Positions 1 to 13,497 of a stretch of 64,000 nucleotides of DNA are shown here, piece by piece. Every line of letters begins with the position of its first letter. Within the stretch, counting starts at the first letter, position 1. The DNA is from Octopus vulgaris (taxonomy: Eukaryota): the NCBI GenBank assembly GCA_951406725.2, contig OX597817.1, positions 125,736,001-125,800,000 on the forward strand, in the 5' to 3' direction. Under the pieces are notes generated by a model. That model was not told the origin of the DNA, searched no databases, and saw only the letters and a program-made list of their open reading frames with translations. Made by a program: the position numbers and the translations under genes.

Positions 1-473
1 CCTTTAAGAATATCAAACAGGCATTTCTGAGTTGAATGAAAAGCCCAATATTGCTTATACTGATTTTGTTATTTGCTTAGTATTTTATTGTCAGCTTTCA
101 CATTTTGATTGTTATTCTAATGCCATTTTTTTTCTTGTGTGATACATTTCCTCTAATCTGCCTTTCGATTATTTTACCCTGCTTCTACATGTCCAGTTTA
201 CTTATATCTTTAATAGTCTGCTAATCTTTATCATCTGCCTTTCCCAACTGGTTGCCTCTTGGTCCTTCCATTACCACTTTCTTTCCATCAAACATTTCTG
301 CGACAACAATACCATGTATAAATATGGAAGTAATGCTATCTTTTATGTTATCACAGATAATATTATGAATCAGAACATTTTCTATTGATGTTTTATTCTT
401 AAACTTCGTTTGATAAGCTATTCCCAAATTAACTGATGTTTGGTCATCCAGTTCGCTCATTGATATTATTATA

Positions 474-800
474 TAACAACAAAAACAACAACAACAACAA
501 CAATAACAATAATAATAATAATATCAATAATAATAATGATAATAATAATAATAATTATGATATTAATAATGATAATAATAATATTTGGTGGTGGTGCTGC
601 TGTCTATCATTATCATCGTAGTCGTCGTCATCGTGGTCGTCATCGTGGTCGTCACCGTGGTCGTCGTTAACGTGGTCGTTGTCGGATTGGTTGTCGTCGT
701 CGTCGTCGTCGTCGTCATCATCATCATCATCATCATCACCATCATCTTCGTCGTCCTCATCATCGTCATCATCGTCATCATCATCATTGTTATTATTTTG
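474..800. repeat. Compound trinucleotide microsatellite (AAC/AAT)n then (GTC/ATC)n
   Basis: Directly visible; explains ORFs 436..621, 563..847 and 585..842. Confidence 0.95.
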
Positions 801-939
801 ATTGTTAATGAATCACTTGCCGAGTCACACCCAGCTCCATAAAGCAAATGAAGGTTAAGAGATGTTTAGATAAAAAATTGAGCCTTTGAGAAAGGAAAGT
901 GGGGAGGATAGTACAGGAAGGCATTCATATTATATAACA

Positions 940-1680
940 AAATACAAAACATGTAAGTTGATAGTGCTTTTTCCAAAGATGTAAACGGCACTTCTCAATG
1001 CAATCTCCTGGATTTCTTTGAGATAAGTTTCTTCCGCAATTTTATCTAGATGTTTCTGAGCTCTCTTTTAATCATACTAAAAGCACCTGCAATAATTGTG
1101 TAGTGTTTTCACTTTAAGATACCACATCTGTTGCCTTTCAATTTTCAAGTCTGTATATTTACAGAGTTTCTAAAATTCCTGGAGAGATATATTCTTATCA
1201 ATGGGGACACTTACATCTATCACTTTAAAAGTATTTTACTTTCCTTTCTCTACTGGCTATACCGGATCGATTAGCATGCATTGTTCTTTCAGTCTTGACA
1301 GGAAAATCCCAAAGGATGGCAACCGGTAAACTTTATACCTTCAGCCTCTGTCTCAGAATGTTTTGGCATGTGTATCAATTTGGTAATGCCTACATATAAA
1401 ATGTAAAATTAGCCTTATTCTATCGTGGCGATTTCTATATTCATTTGGCGTTAGTAGAGGGTAGTCGGAAAATAGATGGTCTATTTTTTCATCCAATTTG
1501 CTGCAAAACCTGTTTTTGGTGTCAGAACTGTTTTTAAGAATATTAACCCTGTGATTTCTGGTAAAATATTTTAGGACTTGTATCACCAAGATGAAGCCTT
1601 CAGCTTTTGCTTTCAATCTCGAACTCCTCTACCATTGATAGGCGGCTTTCTTGGTTATCAGTATTGTAGCTTCACAAAAT
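940..1680 (-). mobile_element. Degenerate 3' fragment of an R4/Dong-type (RLE) non-LTR retrotransposon
   Basis: ORF 1353..1616 (KAKAEGFIL...FCSKLDEKIDHLFS...YRNRHDRI) is collinear with LKAETEGFLIAAQ...CRICG...ETINHIISG...YIHRRDRV of the element at 58.7-59.5 kb; boundaries approximate. Confidence 0.8.
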
Positions 1681-1681
1681 T

Positions 1682-1788
1682 TCTTCTTCTTCTTCTTCTT
1701 CTTCTTCTTCTTCTTCTTCTTCTTCTTCTTCTTCTTCTTCTTCTTCTTCTTCTTCTTCTTCTTCTTCTTCTTCTTCTTCTTCTTCTTC
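1682..1788. repeat. (CTT)n microsatellite
   Basis: Directly visible. Confidence 0.97.
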
Positions 1789-1968
1789 AAGGCGGCGAGC
1801 TGGCAGAATCGTTAGCACGCCGGGCGAAATGCTTAGCGTTAGTTCTTCCGTCGCGACGTTCTGAGTTCATACTCCACCGAGGTCGAATTAGCCTTTCATC
1901 ATTTCGTGATCGATTAAATACGTACCACTTACGAACTAGAGTCGATGTACTTAATCCATTCCTACAAG
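1789..1968 (+). mobile_element. tRNA-derived SINE, family C (head AAGGCGGCGAGCTGGCAGAA), partial
   Basis: Same head and body as copies at 9415, 12778, 13498, 17155-17838 and 35995. Confidence 0.85.
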
Positions 1969-1973
1969 CTTCT

Positions 1974-2049
1974 TATATTATTATTATTATCATCATCATC
2001 ATCATCATCATCATTATTATTATTGGTATTGTTATTATTATTATTATTA

Positions 2050-2113
<64 letters not shown>

Positions 2114-2139
2114 CATCATTATTATTATTATCATCATCA

Positions 2140-2200
<61 letters not shown>

Positions 2201-2211
2201 CATTATTATTA
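1974..2211. repeat. (ATT/ATC)n microsatellite
   Basis: Directly visible. Confidence 0.97.
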
Positions 2212-2544
2212 CAAGTACATGACCCGCCAATGACGAAAAAACGATGCTATGTTTAGAATAACATTTCAATTTAATTCAACTCTTGTTTGAGAAATACTCA
2301 AAAGATTTAATTTGATAATATATTTACATATTCTTATTTATGCAAATACTTTACAAAATCAGTGATAAGCAAATATTAATTAAATCTGTACTTCTTATAT
2401 AGGTAACATATCAATAATTACACTATTGTCGTGTAGACAATATTATGCGTAAGTCTTCTTACGTTTTCATTACGACATATATTTGTTCCTGATCTGGTAA
2501 TTTTTTAAAAATCTGTACACTACCAGTGAACTGTGGTAACACAC

Positions 2545-3225
2545 ATTATTTTTCGAGCACCATCTAGAGTATTCCAGCGGTTCCAAGCAGTGCTGTTTTC
2601 TGCAGGTGCTCCACTCGTATTGCAGCCCCTGTTTGTTCCATGTACTTCTCAAGAATTTTACTCACTGTTCCAAGAGCTCCGTCAAATATTGTTACTACTA
2701 CCACCTTTTTCAGCGACCACATCTGCTTAACCTCCCAAGCTAACCTGTAATATCTATTGACATTTCATTATTCCTTATCGCATGACTTGTTGCCAGCTGG
2801 GCATGCTATGTCTATGATTCAGCATAATTTGCTTTCTTTCTCAATTAACACTATGACTGGTGTCATATTCTCTATTTCATGGTCGCACTGAATCATAAAA
2901 TTCCATAGAATCTTTGCATTATCATTTTCGATAGTGCCTTGAGGTTATGTTTTACCACTTTTTTGCTCTAAGTTCATACTTGTTGCAAAGTGTCCAATGG
3001 ACAATCCTTGCTATATTATTTCTGGGCTAGTGGCGTACATTGACTGATAATATGCCAAACGGTTTCCCCATTTGTCCACAAATTCTGCACTTGCCACTTT
3101 CTGATGTGTTGTCTATTCTGTATTTGATGTATTGTTTCTTAATGTTTGCTCTTGAGCAGCATAGATTAGAGCCTCCATTTCCGGTTTTAATCACTTTTAG
3201 CCATCGATCCGTCTTAACAAGTTGA
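2545..3225 (-). mobile_element. Degenerate 3' fragment of an R4/Dong-type LINE (zinc knuckle and RLE C-terminus)
   Basis: Minus strand reads KCRICGQ (ORF 3027..3257) and VEHLQKTALLGTAGIL near 2560-2617, matching QKIALLGTAHILRRTL at the end of ORF 59373..59816. Confidence 0.85.
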
Positions 3226-3610
3226 GCATGTTCTTTAGTGTTTGACGATATGTGCATCTCTGATCACAAGTAGGGAGCATCGTAGCCATGTTTTGAGGGG
3301 GATTCATTTCTGGAAACATCGGTGCTTCGATCGTCATCCTTAAACAAACCTTATTCAGGGATCTTTTGAGCGGGATGGATTACTCGACCTAGAGAAATAT
3401 ATAACTAGTTCCCACCTACAAGGTCATGGGTTGATTATATTGATATGAGGTAACTATGTCGTGAACCTATGTTTGTCATGCATTTGACTAGTGTTCCCTA
3501 TTCAGAAGGGTAGACGTGATTGGTATATTGGGTTTTGTATATTTGTATCCCAGCGTCATTTTGATGGTGCGTTCTGCTTTTTCACTCAATAATAATGATG
3601 ATAATAATGA
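3218..3610 (+). repeat. Unclassified interspersed repeat with (AAT)n tail, copy 1
   Basis: Collinear with 55510-55903 (shared blocks ctttagtg..tgacgatatgt.catctctga, ctggaaacat, cttattcaggga, ttgtatcccag); both copies end in aataataat. Confidence 0.75.
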
Positions 3611-4169
3611 TAGTGTTTTGAATCGTATTATTATTGGACAATTTGTCGTTAAATTTTACATTCGATATTTTACTTACCGGTTTCAGATGTTGAAGTAATA
3701 GACCATTGGTCAAAAAACTGGAATCAATTTAAAACTCTATGGTTATTCTCTATCAGAAATAAGTTATTAATGTTTTTCTACATGATTTCTCTCACAAAAA
3801 GACCCTGTTTACGTAATACATTGAAATAAACAACATGGCTTCGAGACAGTATAGAAACAGATACAAACTGAATATAGAGTGCTTGAAAAAATTTAAGCCT
3901 GTTCTCTCATAGTAAATCTTCATATGTTTACAAGGTAATTAAAGTTATATTGCATACAACCATCTTCACGGGGGTGAAAAGAAAATATGAGAAAATTACA
4001 TGACTGAAGGCAATTATTTTCAATATTCAAAGGGACTTGACATTCATCAAATAGTAAGAAAACCGATAAATTTGTTTCATTTTAAAATTAAGTTTTCTTC
4101 TCAGAGACACACGCACATGCCTATATGACAGTATATCACTTTCTCTCCATCTCTTTCTTTCCCTCTCTC

Positions 4170-4207
4170 TTTCCCTATGCATATATATGTGTGCGTATGT
4201 GTGGGAA

Positions 4208-4251
<44 letters not shown>

Positions 4252-4271
4252 TACATATATGTATATACACT

Positions 4272-4306
<35 letters not shown>

Positions 4307-4386
4307 GTGTTATTATATATAAATATATATATGTATGAATATATGTATGTATGTTTGTATGTATATATATATATATATATATACAT
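4170..4386. repeat. (AT)n/(GT)n-rich microsatellite
   Basis: Directly visible. Confidence 0.95.
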
Positions 4387-4833
4387 GAAAAATAAACTGT
4401 CCATAGGTTTTTATTACTGTAGGCAAACTAAGAGAGATCTTAGTAGTTCTGACCTTTATTTACCTCTTCATCAGTGATCAATCACTCATTTTCAGAGCAC
4501 AGAAAGTATACTAGCATATATTTATAAAAAGTATAGAAAGCACGAAGATATTTAGAATTACATCTCTCGGCCTTCTTAATTTCCACAACAGAAAAAGTGA
4601 TGAGAAAACAAATCAATTAATATATAGAAGAATTATACGACAGGGCGATAAATAAAAATGTAACGGAAACTTATTCTGGGACACGGACAAACAAACCGAG
4701 TTTTATACATGATGTTTATATTTCATATATATTTTCTGATCAAGATAAAATACGTTATATATCTACTTCCATTTCTTTTCATTATTCTCGTTCTGTACAC
4801 ACACGCACACAGACACTCACACACACATATATA

Positions 4834-6048
4834 CAGGGGTTGGACAAAATAATGAAAACACCATAAAATTTCAAACAAATCTATTTTAATATAGGGTAGG
4901 ACCGACTTTAGCAGTAATTACAGCCTGAATTCTGAGAGGTATGGACTTGTACAAAGCTTGAATTGTTTCCAAAGGAATTTTTGTTCATTCTTCAGTTAAA
5001 ACAGTCTCCAGTTCTTGAAGTGATGATGGATGAGGATATCGACACGTTACTTGTTTTTCTAAAATGTACCATAAATGTTCAATAATATTAAGATCTTGGG
5101 ACTGTGGTGGCCAGATAAGGTGTTCAACATCACGAGAATGTTCCTTGTGCCATTCAGTAACAACTTTAGCTGTAACAACCATAAGATTTATTTGATTAGA
5201 TAAAATGCTTAAATAGTCTTGACTATTAATTCTACCATGAAGGGAAATACTGGGTCGGTGGATTTCCATGATATAGCCGCCCCCAGATCATCACAGACCC
5301 TCTTCCATGTTTAAAAGTTGGAAGAAGGCAGTCTGGGTCACATGCTTCTTTTGGCTGTCTCCACATGTATACTCGGTCGGTGGTCGGAAATAAGGTAAAG
5401 GATGATTCGCTCAAGAAAATAAGATTCTTCCACTGCTCTAGAGACCAATTCTGTAGGTTTTTACTCCACTCTAAACGCTTTGCAACGTTTGTTTTTGAAA
5501 GAAGTGGTCTTCTGATTGCAGCCCTCCCGTGAAATCTGGCTTTGTGCAGCTCCTGGTGAACACTTTTAGTGGAAACTAGGTTCTCGAGATGGTTGTTAAT
5601 CTCTGCAGTAATTTTGGGTGCTGTACTTTTGTGATCTTTTCTAATAATTCGTGTAAGAATCCGACGGCCCCTATCTAAAAGTTCTGGCTTTCTTCCGGAG
5701 TTTTGTTTCGATGAGGAGTTTTTTCTTTCTTTCTCAAAGTCTGTCATTCCTTTAAGACAGTACTTCTTGATACACCAAACATTTCGGCTGTTTTCGTTAC
5801 GCTAGCGCCTGCCATACGACCAACAACAATTTGACCTTTTTGAAAGTCCGATAGATCTGTCATTTTAATGAATTTTAATTAATTTTTTCTGATGATATCT
5901 GAAAAGAAACAGCAATTTTAGAAAAACAAATGAAGCAGCACTAATAATAAATAAAAATCATAATAAACAAGCTTTTCACGGTTTTATAGATATTTGAAGA
6001 TTATGATGCTATGATGATAGGTGTTTCCATTATTTTGTCCAACCCCTG
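4834..6048 (-). mobile_element. Tc1-family DNA transposon with both TIRs and TA target duplication
   Basis: 29-bp TIR CAGGGGTTGGACAAAATAATG(A/G)AAACACC at 4834-4862 and 6020-6048 (one mismatch), TA on both sides, transposase remnants inside. Confidence 0.97.
4886..5863 (-). pseudogene. Tc1 transposase pseudogene
   Basis: MTDLSDFQKGQIVVGRMAGASVTKTAEMFGVSRSTV, SGRKPEL, KHGRGSVMIWG, WPPQSQDLNIIEHLW and C-terminal GPTLY*; frameshifts; first catalytic D replaced (IFLSESSF); the FQxDNAP block with the second D is missing. Confidence 0.93.
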
Positions 6049-6544
6049 TATATAAGTAACAATTTAAGAACCAGTGTCAATTCATTGCGGCTGTTTCTAA
6101 AGAATTTCTGTAATTAACGAGTAAATTATAATCATTATAGAAAGAAACGTTTTCTTCAGATGAGTACATGAATTTGACAATCAATGAAATTTAGCATAAT
6201 TTAAAATAATTTAAAATCCACGACAAACAAACAGATGGAAAAATTCTGCCACTAGTTCAATGACAGAAGGATTCTGTTAGAAGGTTGAAACTTTAGATAC
6301 TGTGCTAATATGAGTGTGCATTGTTAGAAATTCTTTCTCCTGAAAGTGAATTTTGCCATACCTATACTAATGTTGTCATGTACACTCTTCAGCAATATAG
6401 CTGGGTGAGAGGAGTCTTGTTTATGACGTTTAATGCTACACAAGGCATATTATAACGTTTATAGTTGTTACTATCTAAATAATCACCAGCCTTAGATTTC
6501 ATCTTCAATATTGGTTAAGCCAATTAGTCGAAGACTTCAGAATA

Positions 6545-6630
6545 TGTATATATAAATGAATGAATAAATAAATATATATATACACATATATATATATATT
6601 TATGTATGTATATACATATATATAAATATA

Positions 6631-6671
<41 letters not shown>

Positions 6672-6760
6672 GAATGAATAAATAAATATATATATGCATA
6701 TATATATATATATATATATATTCATGTATGTATATATATATATAAATATATATATATGTG

Positions 6761-6812
<52 letters not shown>

Positions 6813-6822
6813 AATGTATGTA
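6545..6822. repeat. (AT)n-rich microsatellite
   Basis: Directly visible. Confidence 0.95.
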
Positions 6823-7365
6823 TGTATTAACAGCTGAAGATTCAGTTGATAAATAATGCTGGATGGAGTAAAGCTGCGTGTATAGATAAACGAAGAAAGA
6901 GGAAACCAAGTTTTAGTACGACGATTTACTCAACCCGTTAGAGAAGCTTTGAGACGGCAAAGCTGTAGAGATACATCTTGAGGGTACGGTCAGAATATAT
7001 ACACAATGCTTTAACATGCAGATGGTACATAATCATGATGTATGCAGGATAGAACAGGAATAAGACATTCGAAACATACTTCCTGCTGATGGACACAAAC
7101 AACATACGCGTCAAAGGTGCTGCTGAGGCTACTTGCGAAGTAACTGCTCTCTGCCGAAGATCCGAACCCCAACGCGCCAAAAATACCTAACTGAAGAAAA
7201 TAGCAGGAAGACTCCCCTTATGTAGCTGATGGTGACGTGCTTGGGGGGGGTCTGTCACGTGATGGGGTGGACAACTCAAATAAAGTTAGAGAGCCTCGAC
7301 CATCACGTGATGAGCCAAAAAATGGAGTACTTAAAGGTAAAGATCCAAACTGTGAATATACTGCT

Positions 7366-7368
<3 letters not shown>
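6823..7368 (-). mobile_element. Probable solo LTR inserted in (TA)n
   Basis: About 546-bp non-coding island, richer in GC than its flanks, starting TGTA and ending TACA, with TA repeats on both sides; AGTAAA about 110 bp from the minus-strand end; orientation tentative. Confidence 0.5.
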
Positions 7369-7412
<44 letters not shown>

Positions 7413-8482
7413 CATATGTGTATATATATGTGTAGGTATGTATGCATATATTTATGTGTGTGTTTGTGTGTATGTGTGTTTGTGTATTAACTAAATCGTT
7501 TCACGTAGCTAGCTTCATATGTTGCAAATAAAGTATATTTGACTAAATGTATAGATTATTTTTATTTTTGCAGTTTTCTTTTACTTTATCTTTTTCCGTT
7601 TATTGCAAACTCTCTTCGAAAATTGTGCATTTTTAATCACAATTTCCATTGCCCTACTTAATCTTGGTTTATCTGGATTTCCCATTAGTAATGTCTAAAT
7701 ACTTAGCTGAATCTGAGGAAATCTTTTAAAAATCCTTACATCAATCATATTTAGAGAAACGTTAAACGGAGTTAAAGATTTTAACCAGAAGAGAGAGCGA
7801 GAGAAGTTAAGAGCGCGAGCACGTGAGATAGATAAAGAGAGAGAGAGAGAGAGAGAGAGAAAGGGGGGAGAAGGAGTCAACATTGAAACAATATGAAGAA
7901 TAAGAAAAGTTCACGTCTATTAAATTTTAATATTTGAAAGATTTAACAGGATTAACCCCTTTCAGATTGATAGTAGATTCTAGATTGGTACTTGAGATAT
8001 ACATGATTTGAATAATTTATTTTGTGGTAATTAAGAAATAAGTTTGGGTGATCTGAACAATTAACTACTAATGTTAAAGCAACTGCTATAGTTTTATCTA
8101 TTACCACGTGCGTATATATGTGATTACTTATCCATCTATTTAACTAATTTCTCCTTTAAACACAACCACAATGTATGTGTATGCTGTGGTTCTCTCAAGT
8201 AAATTTGCATGTATATATATATATGTGTTCATCGGTATTGTTATTCAGTGAGTATTTGTATGTGTGCGAGTGCATGTTAGTGTATGAGTAAACGAACGAG
8301 ATAAGATTAGGAGTAACAAATAATATGGCATTTATTGAGAGATGCAGTTTACATCAACATTTCACTAATAGAAATATAATGAAAGCCACACAAATACAAA
8401 CACACGCAAACACACATGGATGCTCACGCACGTATATATGCATACAGGTATAATTCAAAATTATTGACATAGTTATTAATAA

Positions 8483-8745
8483 GTGGAGGCCCAATGGCCC
8501 AGTGGTTAGGGCAGCGGACTCGCGAATCCCAGACCGGGCGTTATGTGTGTTTATTGAGTGAAATCACTTAAAGCTTCACGAGGCTCCGGCAGGGGATGGT
8601 GACGATCCCTGTTGTACTCTTTCGCCCCAACTTTCTCTCAATCTTTCTTCCTGTTTCTTGAGTAACGCTGCGATGGACTGGCGTCCCATCCAGCTGACAC
8701 ATACACCACAGAAATCGGGAAAGCGCGCCCTTGAAAAGGGCGCAT
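8483..8745 (+). mobile_element. tRNA-derived SINE, family A
   Basis: A box TGGCCCAGTGG, B-box region partly deleted; collinear with 40078-40366; contains GCTGCGATGGACTGGCGTCCC.TCCAG. Confidence 0.9.
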
Positions 8746-9372
8746 GAAAAAATAAGAAATATTAATTATAAAACCTTATACTGAGAGCGATGTAATAAAC
8801 TTCACAAACGTAGGTACAATGTCAGCAAGACTCAAAAGTAGGTACTTATTTGAGTAAACAATATAACCTGTGAATTTTACATCAATTCGGCAATCGCCAA
8901 ACGCAGTACTTCAGAAAGCATGGGTGAAGCATTTAGAAGCTTTAGCAGATGGTTGTCTATGCATAAAAATTTGAGGAATTAAAATTATCTTTCACTAGCC
9001 TAACGTATATGCACATAATACATGAATATGAATACATATGTACATTTCGACATGGAAAGACAACTCTCGAGAGATGAAATTCTCTATCGAAATATAGATG
9101 AAAACATATGACTAATCTGTCAATCTTGTCGCAGGAGAAGTGAAGTCATTCATGTCTATTACGAGAAATCTTTCTCCCGAAACTATTTGTGCAGTGCATT
9201 ATCCCTCCGTGTTCGAATGTACGCGGATACAAGGCACTACATAAAACAGTGCATAACTTCGCTTCATTCAACACTACTTAGTGCACCTCTTAATACAGAT
9301 ATATACATGTATATAGGAAGTAGTGTTAGAAGCCTATTTGACTGATCCAAGTTAATGTATATATGCATGTAT

Positions 9373-9960
9373 CATAGGCGTGTGATCCACGGAAGCAAGG
9401 GAAGCAATGATACCTATTTCTTTATTACCCACAAGGGGCTAAACACAGAGGGGACAAACAAGGACAGACATAGGTATTAAGTCGATTACATCGACCCCAG
9501 TCCGTAACTGGTACTTAATTTATCGACCCCGAAAGGATAAAAGGCAAATCGACCTTAGCAGAATTTGAACTCACAACGTAACGCAGACGAAATACCGCTA
9601 AGTATTTCGCCCGGCGTGCTAACGTTTCTGCCAGCTCGCCGCCTTAAGGGAAGCAATGATACCCTTTAAAATTAAAGAAATGATCTGTAAATTTACGATA
9701 AACTTCATGATATCATAGGATTCAGACTTTTATCGTTGGAATTAGCATGTGACGACACTAAAATGGTGGCAGACGACACCAAAAATCTGTGAAAGGGAAG
9801 CAACACAAACTGTTATATCCTTTTCGGTGTGATATTTTATTATCTTTTTCCGATAAAAATGCCACGAAAACAATATTTTTCTAGTAAGAGCTGATAACGA
9901 AAGGTTTTAGATGCTAATATGTACTTATACGCTTAAGTTTCTGTCAATTCGTAATACCTA

Positions 9961-9999
<39 letters not shown>

Positions 10000-10293
10000 T
10001 ATATAGATATAATCTTGCGTTGTTATGCAGCACTTACTAAGGAAAAATAAGCAAGCTGACATTCTGCTTCTATCAGAGAAACGGTGAAAAGTTAACGCGT
10101 GTAGTTTTCTGCGTTTATTCAACTAATAGTTGATACATTTTCAAATTACAGAAAACCATTAATATAAAATGTGACTTAAAAAAACATTTTTAATAGCTGT
10201 ATAACATGAACATATCAATTTGATTCAAATATCTATGCAACGGAAGATTTTAGTCATTCCTTCCCCAGCCTGGAAGATCACCACACGCCTCTG
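9373..10293. mobile_element. Non-autonomous TIR element (hAT-like termini) with a nested SINE and (AT)n
   Basis: Left end CATAGGCGTGTGATC; right end reverse-complements to CAGAGGCGTGTGGTGATC; no clean 8-bp TSD, so superfamily is tentative. Confidence 0.55.
9415..9645 (-). mobile_element. Full-length family C SINE with 18-bp target site duplication
   Basis: AAGGGAAGCAATGATACC at 9397-9414 and 9646-9663; core CTTTTATCCTTTCGGGGTCGATAAATTAAGTACCAG resembles the Nin/Deu SINE domain (from memory). Confidence 0.95.
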
Positions 10294-10299
10294 ATATAT

Positions 10300-10358
<59 letters not shown>

Positions 10359-10361
<3 letters not shown>

Positions 10362-10588
10362 AGAGTTTACTATAAAAAAAAAGACGAAGACAGGTGGTGA
10401 ACAAAACAAACAGGTGTATTAGTATAAAGCTCAGGAATAGAAACGGTCTTTCACGTTTCGAGCCTACGCTCTTCTACAGAAAGGGACATAGAAAAAAGGA
10501 GAGAAAAAATGTGTGTAGTGGCTAACGAAGGGTCCCACCGGAGAAGGAAAATAGGGGATGTAACAAAGTGAAGAGGACCCCCAACACG

Positions 10589-10592
<4 letters not shown>
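10359..10592 (-). mobile_element. Penelope-like terminal repeat fragment between (AT)n tracts
   Basis: Collinear with 63553-63760; carries a hammerhead-like motif; PLE assignment is inference from that motif. Confidence 0.6.
10447..10484 (-). ncRNA. Minimal type I hammerhead-like motif, core variant CUGUAGA
   Basis: Minus strand: CUUU-CUGUAGA-A-GAGC(GUAG)GCUC-GAAAC-GUG-AAAG; GUG at the cleavage triplet suggests this copy is inactive. Confidence 0.55.
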
Positions 10593-10648
<56 letters not shown>

Positions 10649-10678
10649 CATACATACATACATACACACAATCGTATG

Positions 10679-10710
<32 letters not shown>

Positions 10711-11227
10711 TATATATATTATATGTGAAGATTTCCTTAGGTGAAACGATAAATTTACGAGAGAGTAAACGATGCAACACTGTTTTTCAGCAAGCAATGT
10801 ATTGTAAACTAAGCGGCCACCGGTCATTTATTTAGATCTACCAAAATAGCTAGTTGTATAATCTCAAGTAGAGATCAGAATAGTAACAATATTAACACGT
10901 AAAATTAATCGCCACCTCTGATGGACTGTGCAGTCGAAAACGACGAATGAGCGTTCAACATTTGCCGAGCGTCCTGCACAAATGATTTGTTTATAGTGAT
11001 CATAATGTTCGTGTTGCACATTACTTCACTCTCTCCATCAAATCGACGTTGTTCGAATAGGTGCATTATGTACCAAGCTTCAGGATTCGAAATGACCGCA
11101 GAGTAACGTGAGATGAAGTTTTGCTCAAGAAGACTACAGAAATTACAGTCGCTAGATCGTGAGTGCAACTCTCTCACTACTAGGCTATGCACCCTCACAC
11201 ACACACTCACATATAATAATAAAATGC

Positions 11228-11627
<400 letters not shown>

Positions 11628-11649
11628 ACACACACACACACACACGGAA

Positions 11650-11741
<92 letters not shown>

Positions 11742-12241
11742 ACGCACGCACACATACACACACACATATGTATGCATACACAAACATATTTAATATTGAA
11801 AAAGTATAGGGAAGTTTTGCAGATATTGATTTGAAGATGAAAAATTCATCATCGTAGACAAGCTGCAGATAGAATATTACATTCAATTCTTCGTTACCCA
11901 TAAAATTTTGGTATCTGCTAGTGATACAGAATGTGACGTGAGACTGTTGCAAATGTAACCGTCAGCTGATATACATACAAATTATGTGAAAAAGTCAAGT
12001 TGTTTTTAATCTAATTTTCCAGATTGCATGTTACACATCCTGAATATAGGCATCTTGGAAAATTGTTAAATTTCAATTATACATTAAAAATATATAAAAG
12101 AAATATAAATCGGTACATATTATTGAAAAGGAAATTTAGTTTATAATAAAATTCTATAAACTTTTACAGCTGTATTCTTTTGAGTTTATGTCTAGTAAAT
12201 TTACATGCAAGTGTCCAACAATATTTTTTTCTAATATGAAT

Positions 12242-12254
12242 ATCGTCGTCGTCG

Positions 12255-12299
<45 letters not shown>

Positions 12300-12433
12300 A
12301 CATCATCATCATCACCACAACAATCAGTACCATTGACATCATCATCATCACCACCACCACCACCACCATCATACATAAGAACACAACCAATGCCACCATC
12401 ATCACCACCGCTACTACCATCACCATCATCATC
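12242..12433. repeat. (ATC/ACC)n microsatellite
   Basis: Directly visible. Confidence 0.93.
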
Positions 12434-12777
12434 GTGATCTTTGAGTCATAACTTTAACTTGCACGGAGTACGATAAGGGACGTGTCATATAATCAGTTTC
12501 GTCATCAGCGGTATTGATATCATTGTATTTTATCGATTTCTTAGCTAGTTCGGAAATTTCACTGCAGTGATTTGCTAGATAATGACTTCCACGAGTCGCA
12601 AGTCAGAGCGTTCTAGATATTGGCTGGAAATAATTTCCAACGTACGTTTTAATATAATTTTAGTGAGCTGTGGGAAGCTGGAATAAGGAGGCTCGGTTAT
12701 CAACGGTAAAAGTTGTACATAAGCATACTTTACAACTAAATCCTTCCTTCTAACGAAACTACAACAATATTTCGCAC

Positions 12778-13112
12778 AGAGCTGGCAAGTCGGGCAAAAT
12801 GCTTAGCGGTATTTCGTCTGCCATTACGTTCTGAGTTCAAATTCCGCAGAGGTCGAATTTGCTTTTCATCCTTTCAGTGTTGATAAATTAAGTACCAGTT
12901 ACGCACTGGGCTCGATCTAATCGACTTAATCCGTTTGTCTGTCCTTGTTTGTACCCTGTGTGTTCAGCCCCTTGTCGGTAGTAAATAAATAGGTATTTCG
13001 TCCGTCTTTCGGGGTCGATAAAAGAAGCACTAGCTGAGTATTGGAGGACGATGTAATCGACTTATCCCACTCTCCCGTAATTGCTGGCCTTGTGCCAAAA
13101 TTTGAAATCAAT
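12778..13112 (+). mobile_element. Family C SINE followed head-to-tail by a partial copy with a different tail
   Basis: First copy ends aaataggtatttcgtc near 12987-13002, then a second GGGGTCGATAAA core and a ccttgtgccaaaatttgaaa tail. Confidence 0.85.
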
Positions 13113-13497
13113 AATTTGCACACAATATGAAGATAGAATAAGTGATACAAAAGCAATGCATTATTGCATGGTATTAGCTAACATAAGAAGATACCAATAA
13201 AAAAGCATCTAAAAAAGAAAAAAGACAATCACAATAAAAAGAAAAATAAAACAAGGAAAAGTTTTTAAATAGTCGTTAATGGAAAACACGATATACCTAA
13301 AAATTGTGAAAGAAAAAGAACACTGAGAGAAACTTATACTAAACCCTTGAATGATAACAATTCGAACGAGAACACTACTTCTTAAGAAAATAGAGTACGG
13401 AGAAGATTTAAGAACAGGAAATTATGAAGATTGGACACAAAGATAATAGAAGTTCGAGGACAAAAATAGTTAAATTAAATACAAGTCCCTATGAAAT

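Noticed and set aside
1-460. ORF 221..460 as a host exon or LINE 5' region
   Set aside because: No recognisable motif; truncated by the window edge, cannot be assigned
436-2269. Long ORFs of poly-N, poly-V, poly-L, poly-I and poly-M
   Set aside because: Translations of trinucleotide microsatellites that lack stops in some frames; no coding signal
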